64,000 bases of DNA, taken from assembly GCA_037139975.1 (NCBI GenBank), contig JBAXFJ010000001.1:171017-235016 (forward strand). The letters are read 5' to 3'. A program made the translations under genes and the position numbers. A model generated the notes under the pieces. That model was not told the origin of the DNA and made no database searches. It was given only the letters and a program-made list of their open reading frames with translations. Of this stretch, positions 58,033 through 64,000 are shown one piece after another (positions within the stretch are counted from its first letter, which is position 1; the number at the start of each line of letters is the position of its first letter). The DNA comes from a bacterium (lineage in GTDB: Bacteria > Patescibacteriota > Minisyncoccia > Phycocordibacterales > SBAW01).

Positions 58033-59154
58033 TTAAAACCCATTGGTGAGTGGCGAGCCGAGACCGGTTACATAGTCCCAGTGAGTCCTAGCGGTGCAAA
58101 AATAGCCGCAGGAGCCGTTGGTGCCCGAGGTGATGTCGCGAAAGTAGTGACTACTATTTGCACTTGCTTTGTCGGCATAGAGCTGTGCGCCCGTGATGCC
58201 GCTGCCCAAAGCTGCGATGGCTGCCCACTGGGGCGCGCCAGCCGAAGTGCCGCCCACGGTGTACCACTTGCCAAGTCGATAGATAGAAAAGCCCGACGCT
58301 GGGTCGGCGTCATACGAGACGTCGGGTATCGCGCGCATGTCACCTGCTTTTGGTATCGAGTAGTCTGCCTGGAAGTTTGGCTCTTTTTCATATACGCTCA
58401 CGCCACCACCGCTCCCGCTCCACGCGGTCTCTTTTGAAAACGAACCCGTTGAAGTAAACGTCAGCGATGTCCCGCCGACACCAATCACATTTGGCGAACT
58501 CGCAGGCCACGATGTCCCTGCGCCACCGTCGCCCGAAGAAGCAAAAAATACTGCCCCCGACTTTGACACGAAATGCGAATCAAGAGTCGTTTCTTCAAGG
58601 AACTCCGCGCCACCCCAACTCATGGATATTGCGACCGCATCTTTCACTGATGCGGCATAGTCGACTGCTTTGAGCAGGTTCGCTCCCGAAGGAGTGGTTG
58701 CCTCGACCAGTACAATTTTTGCGTTTGGTGCAATCGCATGTGCCCACTCAACATCGAGTGTTGTCTCCATTGCCCAGCTGCTATCGCTTGAAATTTTATT
58801 GCTCATGGGGTGTTTTTGAAAGCAACCGTTCGCGCTGGTGCAAGGAGTGAGATTAAATTGTTTATCAAACGCAGCCAAATCATTTTCTATCGACGCATCG
58901 TCGTATGCACCAACGATGGCGATGATGCCGCGCCCGCCAGACGCGGGGAGATTGTACACAGCTTTTATTACTACAGGCGAAAGTCCTTTAGGTATTTTGC
59001 TCGAGGAGCCATAAATATGGATGGGTGGCCTGCCGCGGTAGTCAGCAAAATGGTACGACGCAGACGCAGAAAAAGGGAGTGTTCCGAACAGTAAAAATAA
59101 TACAAAAAAATATTTTCTTCTCATACGCAATATACAAAATAGTTCTTGCACCAA
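58033..59154 (-). CDS. secreted serine peptidase, S53 (sedolisin)/S8-like
   Basis: 373 aa; signal peptide, SSGDGGAG (SGDxG) and GTSAGAPQWAA (GTSxxAP) motifs. Confidence 0.55.
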   Translation of the reverse strand: MVQELFCILRMRRKYFFVLFLLFGTLPFSASASYHFADYRGRPPIHIYGSSSKIPKGLSPVVIKAVYNLPASGGRGIIAIVGAYDDASIENDLAAFDKQFNLTPCTSANGCFQKHPMSNKISSDSSWAMETTLDVEWAHAIAPNAKIVLVEATTPSGANLLKAVDYAASVKDAVAISMSWGGAEFLEETTLDSHFVSKSGAVFFASSGDGGAGTSWPASSPNVIGVGGTSLTFTSTGSFSKETAWSGSGGGVSVYEKEPNFQADYSIPKAGDMRAIPDVSYDADPASGFSIYRLGKWYTVGGTSAGAPQWAAIAALGSGITGAQLYADKASANSSHYFRDITSGTNGSCGYFCTARTHWDYVTGLGSPLTNGF

Positions 59155-59200
59155 GTATATCAGCCTTATTTATACAATCACCTTTCTTTCATATATACTA

Positions 59201-59917
59201 GTGAGCATGAGTATTGCATTACAGCGGGGGAGCGGGGAGTTGGAAAGATTGAACACAGAGTTGAACGACGAGCAGGTGTTGGCGGACTACAGACGCTCGT
59301 TTGATAATTACCACGCCAGTTTGCTTCCGCGCGTGTTGGGCAACGCCCTTGTGTGGTGCGGCAACGCCGTCTATGGTGAGCGACCGTCGTATTTGAAGTT
59401 TCGCGCAGTCGAGGTCATCGCGCGCGTTCCGTACCAGTCGTGGAACTCGGCGGCATACACGCTGTTGACGCTCTTCTATCGTGACGAAAAAAAAGCGCTC
59501 AAACTTTCGGAGCTTTCACAGTATGCGCGCGTGGCAGAAGACAACGAGACGATGCATGTGGTGGTCATCTCCAGTTTGGCCGCGCATGAAGCAAAAGCAG
59601 GAACCATCCGGCACACCATTGTCCCCATGCTCTTTGCGTTTTTCTACTTCTGGGCGTCCTACCTGCTCTTTTTGATCAAGCCGAAATATTCATTCGAGCT
59701 GAACTACCTGTTTGAAAGCCATGCGTTTGAACAGTATGATCGGTTTTTAAAGTTGCAAGGGCCGGAATTGAAAAAGAAGCCTATTTCAAGCGAGTTTTTG
59801 AACTGGTATGGTCGGCACCCACGTTCGCAGTATGAATTCTTTCTGTCGGTGCGCAATGACGAAATAATCCACCGCAACACGTCTATTGAGGAGATAGAAA
59901 AGACCAAAAAAGTGTGA
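59201..59917 (+). CDS. alternative oxidase / PTOX-family di-iron carboxylate quinol oxidase-like protein
   Basis: 238 aa; four-helix Fe ligand motifs in order: RAVEVIARVP (LET.A.VP), EDNETMHV (NERMH), LFESHAFEQY (LEEEA.H.Y) and RNDEIIHRN (RADEA.HR). Confidence 0.7.
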   Translation: MSMSIALQRGSGELERLNTELNDEQVLADYRRSFDNYHASLLPRVLGNALVWCGNAVYGERPSYLKFRAVEVIARVPYQSWNSAAYTLLTLFYRDEKKALKLSELSQYARVAEDNETMHVVVISSLAAHEAKAGTIRHTIVPMLFAFFYFWASYLLFLIKPKYSFELNYLFESHAFEQYDRFLKLQGPELKKKPISSEFLNWYGRHPRSQYEFFLSVRNDEIIHRNTSIEEIEKTKKV

Positions 59918-59928
59918 GCGAAATAAAT

Positions 59929-60957
59929 CTACTTTTTCAGCAGCAAAATTTTATACATCTGCAAGGTCGATAGGAAAAGCGAGAGGACCAGCGGTCCCAA
60001 GATGAAACCCATAGGTCCAAAGAAGAGAATGCCGCCCAAGAGAGAGCAGATGATGAAGATGGGCGGCACTTCGAGTCCTTTGCCAAAAAAGTAGGTGGTG
60101 AGGAGGTTGTCGACCAAGACCACCATCCCCAAGCCCAAGAGCCCGCACAAGAGTGCGGCGAGCATCTGTCCTTTGAGATATAAAAAGACGACGGCGGGGA
60201 TGATCACAAAGAGTGTCCCCAGACCTGGGACCGCGCCCACAATGCCACCCACAATACCCCAAAGCATTGCGTTGGGAATATTGAGGAAATAGAACGCAAG
60301 ACCAAAACACGCCCAGCGGATGAGCGCGACCAGGAGTGTGCCACGCATGACCGAGCCTATGGTCTGCTCCATACTTTGTAAAATTTTGTCTGTGTGTTCA
60401 CGTTGAAACGGGCTGAGCGAGACGAGCGTGGTATATATCTTAGCTCCGTCACGCAAGAAGAAAAAGAATGCGAGGAGCATGAGTGATGTTTCAAGCAGCA
60501 GGAAAAGTGTTTGCGATAGGAACGCGCCCAGATTTTGAGACATAAACGAAAGCGCCTTTGCAACATAGGCACTGATGCTGAAGGTAAAGGCGGGGTAGAG
60601 GTGACGAATAGGGGTTTCAATGGCAGTGCGCAACACCTGTGCATAGTTGCCTTCGTTTCCTTGCGAAGCCAGGTAGGCCAACTGTGCTTCTTTGAATATT
60701 TGCAGACCGAGGAAAAAGAGCGGCACTATAAAGAATGCCAACACGGCACAGACGAGCAGTGCCGCGGCAAATGTCTCGGACTTGCCCAGCAGGCGGGCGA
60801 GCACGGTGAATGGTCGTCGACAGAGAATTGCCAACACCGCGGCGAGCGCGAGCATCTGCACAAAGGGTAGGAACACGAGAAAGATAAGGAGCGATGCTGT
60901 TCCAAATAAAAGTACAAACGCACTGGTTTCAAGAGTTGTTTTGTCCATAAAACTCAT
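59929..60957 (-). CDS. AI-2E family transporter (UPF0118 / PerM-like membrane protein)
   Basis: 342 aa; 8 TMs with the AI-2E arrangement. Confidence 0.6.
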   Translation of the reverse strand: MSFMDKTTLETSAFVLLFGTASLLIFLVFLPFVQMLALAAVLAILCRRPFTVLARLLGKSETFAAALLVCAVLAFFIVPLFFLGLQIFKEAQLAYLASQGNEGNYAQVLRTAIETPIRHLYPAFTFSISAYVAKALSFMSQNLGAFLSQTLFLLLETSLMLLAFFFFLRDGAKIYTTLVSLSPFQREHTDKILQSMEQTIGSVMRGTLLVALIRWACFGLAFYFLNIPNAMLWGIVGGIVGAVPGLGTLFVIIPAVVFLYLKGQMLAALLCGLLGLGMVVLVDNLLTTYFFGKGLEVPPIFIICSLLGGILFFGPMGFILGPLVLSLFLSTLQMYKILLLKK

Positions 60958-60992
60958 AATAACAGAGTTTTTTCGCGAGGGGTTGGTTTTTG

Positions 60993-61079
60993 CGGAGAGA
61001 GCGAGATTCGAACTCGCGGGCCTAATTAAAAGCCGACAGTTTAGTAAACTGTTGATTTAAACCACTCATCCATCTCTCC
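60993..61079 (-). tRNA. class-II (long variable arm, G73) tRNA, Ser-like, apparent anticodon ACU (unusual)
   Basis: Reverse complement ggagaga-tg-gat-gagtggtttaa-atc-a-acagt-ttactaa-actgt-cggcttttaattaggcccg-gcgag-ttcgaat-ctcgc-tctctcc-g. Good acceptor, T and D arms; the 5-bp anticodon stem is perfect and the loop reads uuACUaa. Confidence 0.55.
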
Positions 61080-61102
61080 AGATAGATCGGTACTGACCAA
61101 TA

Positions 61103-62785
61103 CTACAGCATCACTCGCATAAAAGTAAAAAAAGTAGTACGGTACATAGCGTACGCTAGGGCGGAGTGCACAGTAGAGAATAGTGTACGGAGACGTGTCA
61201 GAGTGGTCGAATGTGCCTCCTTGCTAAGGAGGTAGGGCGCAAGCCCTCGTGGGTTCGAATCCCACCGTCTCCGCCAAAAAACGAAATCGGATTTTAGAGC
61301 CGAAATGGGGTCGCGCCGAAGGCGCGACACTAATGCATTCCCCCCGCCGAATTCAGAATCCAAAAGGGTTTTCCACGCTCCGCGTGGCTCAAAAAGTACG
61401 GTTCGATCTAAAATTTTAAAGTTCGAACCGACTTTTTTGAATTCCCGAAGTATTTCTTCGGGAATTCCCTCGTTTGCCAATTCCGTATTGGTAATATTGG
61501 CTTTTAGAAATTTTTCTGTAAGTTCGAACCGATTATTCGCTTTTTGTTCAAAAGATGATAATTTTTCTTTGAAAAGCTGTTTTTGGTTTACCAACTGATT
61601 TTTCGTTTCTCGATATTCTTCAAGTGATAACGAATTATCGAGATAGAGTGTCATCAGCTTTTCAATCTTTTTTTCGGTTGAAAAAATTTCATCTTTTGTA
61701 TTTTGAACAAAAAGGGTAGACGATTGGACTTCCGATTGCCGATCTTTTGAATTTTCGGCAATCATCCATTTTGTCCAATCGTCTGGCAAAGAAACTTTTT
61801 TGATTTCATTTTGAATTTGAGAAGTGATGAGCTCCTCACGAATATACGGTTGAGCACAGGGATTTTTCCGTTTGGTACATCGCAAATAGTTATGACCTTT
61901 TTGTTGTTCGGTAGTAATAAAACATCCACATTCTCCGCAATGGAAAAATCCACGATAGATGTATGGCTTAAGTCCTTTGCTATGCGGTTTAGATTTTCTC
62001 ATCATCACTTCTTGAACGGAATCAAAAAGTTTCTTTGAAATAATCGGTTCGTGCTTTCCTTCGTGGATTTCACCACCATACCGAAGCAATCCGCAAAAAA
62101 TCGGATTTTTTAACATATTATGAATATTGGAAATAGAAAGTTCTTGCTCTTTCCTTGAACGCAGTCCAAGTTCATTAACCATGTCTCTAACTTGTCGGAG
62201 TGTGTACTTGCCACTTGCGTAGGCCTCAAACGCTCTCACGATATATGGCGAGCGTTCGGGGTCTGGAACGATAACTTTCTTATCACTATCGTTTAGATAG
62301 CCCACAGGAGCGTTTTGAGGCCAAATACCATCCTTCAATTTTTGACGATGACCACGCTTAATATTCTCCGACAAATTATCCACATAATACTTGGACTGCG
62401 AAAATGCTATTGAGAGCATGAACTTTCCTTGTGGTGTTGGATCAAACCAAAAAGTTGAAAATTTCAAATCCAAAATTATTTTGGTATCAACAAGGTAAAT
62501 AATTTTACCACCGTCTACGGAATTTCTCGCAAGTCTATCGGGGTGCCACGCTAAAATTCCATTTGCCTCACCAGCTTCCATGCGGAGAAGCATTTCATTA
62601 AAGACTGGCCGACCCGGAATCTTGGCGGTTTGTTTTTCCACGAAAATATCTACAACCTCAATTTGTTCTTTAACCGCCAACTCTTTGAGTTCGGCCAGTT
62701 GATCCGAAATGCTTCTCACTTGCCGATCTTTGTCATCGGTAGACTTGCGAGTATATATAAAAAACTTTTTGGTTTGATTATTCAT
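61103..62785 (-). CDS. large serine recombinase (resolvase/integrase family); C-terminal ~95 codons are read-through of IR-L and tRNA-Ser, and the true 3' end is uncertain
   Basis: N-terminal resolvase catalytic domain IYTRKSTDDKDRQ...SISDQ (Ser nucleophile), recombinase domain and zinc-ribbon (C..C...C..C), then a coiled-coil. There is no in-frame stop until 61103, so the annotated end is an artefact or the gene is disrupted. Local AT-richness relative to its surroundings. Confidence 0.75.
   Translation of the reverse strand: MNNQTKKFFIYTRKSTDDKDRQVRSISDQLAELKELAVKEQIEVVDIFVEKQTAKIPGRPVFNEMLLRMEAGEANGILAWHPDRLARNSVDGGKIIYLVDTKIILDLKFSTFWFDPTPQGKFMLSIAFSQSKYYVDNLSENIKRGHRQKLKDGIWPQNAPVGYLNDSDKKVIVPDPERSPYIVRAFEAYASGKYTLRQVRDMVNELGLRSRKEQELSISNIHNMLKNPIFCGLLRYGGEIHEGKHEPIISKKLFDSVQEVMMRKSKPHSKGLKPYIYRGFFHCGECGCFITTEQQKGHNYLRCTKRKNPCAQPYIREELITSQIQNEIKKVSLPDDWTKWMIAENSKDRQSEVQSSTLFVQNTKDEIFSTEKKIEKLMTLYLDNSLSLEEYRETKNQLVNQKQLFKEKLSSFEQKANNRFELTEKFLKANITNTELANEGIPEEILREFKKVGSNFKILDRTVLFEPRGAWKTLLDSEFGGGNALVSRLRRDPISALKSDFVFWRRRWDSNPRGLAPYLLSKEAHSTTLTRLRTLFSTVHSALAYAMYRTTFFTFMRVML
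61189..61276 (+). tRNA. tRNA-Ser (anticodon GCU), CCA encoded
   Basis: ggagacg-tg-tcagagtggtcgaa...cctcc-ttGCTaa-ggagg, long variable arm, gtgggttcgaatcccac T-arm, cgtctcc-g-cca. Confidence 0.85.
61271..61390. repeat. IR-L: 120-bp terminal inverted repeat that starts inside the 3' end (CCGCCA) of tRNA-Ser
   Basis: A perfect reverse complement of 62951-63070; contains an internal hairpin ggggtcgcgcc-gaag-ggcgcgac. Confidence 0.85.
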
Positions 62786-62950
62786 AGTATGTTTAAAAAC
62801 CTAAAAGGGCGACCATGTTGCACCAACTTTACCTTTCAGCAAAATTGAACACAGTCGCCCGTCTAGATGCTCAAGCAAATAAAAAGCTGAAAGTGTCTAA
62901 AGTTGGTGCAATCCAATATTACCATTTTTTATTTTGTATTGGCAAACGAG

Positions 62951-63070
62951 GAGCCACGCGGAGCGTGGAAAACCCTTTTGGATTCTGAATTCGGCGGGGG
63001 GAATGCATTAGTGTCGCGCCTTCGGCGCGACCCCATTTCGGCTCTAAAATCCGATTTCGTTTTTTGGCGG
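62951..63070. repeat. IR-R: 120-bp terminal inverted repeat
   Basis: gagccacgcggagcgtggaaaaccc...ccgatttcgttttttggcgg is the exact reverse complement of IR-L. Confidence 0.85.
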
Positions 63071-63120
63071 TGTCTATTGTACAAAATTCGAACTTATTTT
63101 GAAAGCAATCCTGACTAATC

Positions 63121-63486
63121 GCACGCGCGGAGCGCGTGGTGCCTCTAAACTAAATCGTACGCTCCACGAAAGCCCCGCCACCGCCTCGCTTCACTCGGCA
63201 ACCCCAAAAAGAAAAATGTCTCTTGCTCTTTTGATTTTCGCGGGGGTGGATTTTTTCTAAAATGGAAAGGACATTTTTCTTTTTGGGGTTCTGCCCTCCA
63301 AGTATTCGGGCAGTGTGGCGGGGCTTCAATTCGGACTCGGTTTTGCAAAAACTATTTTCTGGGGAAAGGATTTTGCAAAACTTCGGCTAATGTTTTTGAA
63401 ATTCGGCGGGGTTCTGAATTCGGGTTCCCGCGCGGAGGAGGGGTCTGGGGAGGAATCCGCGCGGGCTTCTTCTGATTTTTTGGCGG
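63121..63486. repeat. degenerate, expanded third copy of the 120-bp repeat (same orientation as IR-R)
   Basis: Shares the blocks acgcggagcg(c)gtgg, ttctgaattcggcgggg and gattttttggcgg with IR-R, interrupted by insertions. Confidence 0.5.
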
Positions 63487-63492
63487 AATTAT

Positions 63493-63981
63493 TTAATAGT
63501 CGTAAAGATGTTCAATCTTTACTCCTTCAGATTCTAGCTGAACTATAATCATACTAAGAGATTTTGCGGGAGCTTGCACCGTAATCCTTTTATCTGAACT
63601 TGTCATCATATTCATCGTGAACAAAACTATTCCATTTTTTAAATCACTATTCCAACTTTGTGGTGCTACAGCGGTCAGTAAAATCTCATCATTACCCGCA
63701 AAATCAACAAATTGTATACTTTGTCGAGCAAGTACCGGCATAACATCAGTAAAACCTTGGTAATGTGGAACTGCCATAATATACGAACCATTACCCAAGT
63801 CTTTGATTTTGCGAACTCTTGGGTCTTGAAAAATACTATCGGGCACATTTTTTGCAGAAACATATATTTCTGTATCAGCTATACCGTAAACTGCGTGTGT
63901 TCCAATTCTGATAAGCAGAGCATAGCCCGTTTTTACTCCGTATTCTAAACTAAGAAAAACTTTCCGCTCAAGTTTTCGCAA
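63493..63981 (-). CDS. hypothetical protein (162 aa) in AT-rich DNA distal to the recombinase element
   Basis: ORF only; no recognisable motif. Lower GC than the core genome. Confidence 0.4.
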   Translation of the reverse strand: MRKLERKVFLSLEYGVKTGYALLIRIGTHAVYGIADTEIYVSAKNVPDSIFQDPRVRKIKDLGNGSYIMAVPHYQGFTDVMPVLARQSIQFVDFAGNDEILLTAVAPQSWNSDLKNGIVLFTMNMMTSSDKRITVQAPAKSLSMIIVQLESEGVKIEHLYDY

Positions 63982-64000
63982 AAAATGTGAACCGAAAAAA

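Larger units (their letters stand above)
61271..63070 (-). mobile_element. IR-bounded serine-recombinase element (IS-like or invertible/integrative module) abutting tRNA-Ser
   Basis: A single recombinase gene between perfect 120-bp inverted repeats; adjacent to two convergent tRNA genes; AT-richer than flanking DNA. Confidence 0.6.

Noticed and set aside
61380-61530. Repeated aagttcgaaccga strings resembling tRNA T-loop fragments
   Set aside because: Short, within the recombinase coding region, with no cloverleaf context.
61305-61598. 97-aa + strand ORF
   Set aside because: Lies across IR-L, antisense to the recombinase gene.
62903-63118. 71-aa + strand ORF
   Set aside because: It is the translation of the IR-R repeat and shares the peptide EPRGAWKTLLDSEFGGGNALVSRLRRDPISALKSDFVFW with the recombinase read-through. 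It is a repeat artefact, not a gene.

Overview
This 64-kb window looks like a bacterial chromosome segment with Candidate-Phyla-Radiation/Patescibacteria character. No CRISPR array and no rRNA were seen. Main contents, all read from the sequence and the ORF track:

- **Ribosomal core:** the str cluster (rpsL-rpsG-fusA, tuf) runs into a long S10/spc/alpha-type ribosomal-protein cluster through secY-adk-map. L30 is absent between rpsE and rplO, and the cluster carries unusual insertions: an antisense pilin gene, an antisense small ORF, ndk, and a second adk copy.
- **Housekeeping genes:** tig-ppa-nusA, tpiA-pgk, recJ, rnhA, the infC-rpmI-rplT operon, ftsH, recG, a malic enzyme, and pyrC-pyrD.
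- **RNA genes:** a tmRNA (ssrA) next to smpB, a tRNA-Ile with an apparent UAU anticodon, a tRNA-Ser(GCU), and a second class-II tRNA with an odd apparent ACU anticodon.
- **Surface and motility genes:** a 1779-aa secreted CARDB/Ig-repeat, Cys-rich giant surface protein with near-identical internal nucleotide repeats. Directly downstream is a solitary PilB/GspE-family paralog in which the Walker A, Walker B and His-box motifs are all substituted (predicted pseudo-ATPase).
- **O2-linked enzymes:** Fe/Mn superoxide dismutase, an acyl desaturase and an alternative-oxidase-type di-iron protein. The SOD and desaturase lie between the two halves of a split comEC.
- **Signalling and other accessory genes:** a FIST sensor / histidine kinase / single-domain response regulator cluster, a SET-domain protein, an NHL-repeat protein with a PEP-CTERM-like tail, and a RelE-type toxin-antitoxin pair.
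- **Mobile-element candidate at the 3' end:** a large serine recombinase bounded by perfect 120-bp inverted repeats. The left repeat begins inside the 3' end of tRNA-Ser. A degenerate third repeat copy and AT-richer DNA continue to the window edge.
- **Recurrent palindrome:** ATCCTAAGGTT-N-AACCTTAGGAT occurs at four intergenic or gene-end positions.

Functional calls rest on motif-level recognition of the translations; no database search was possible here.
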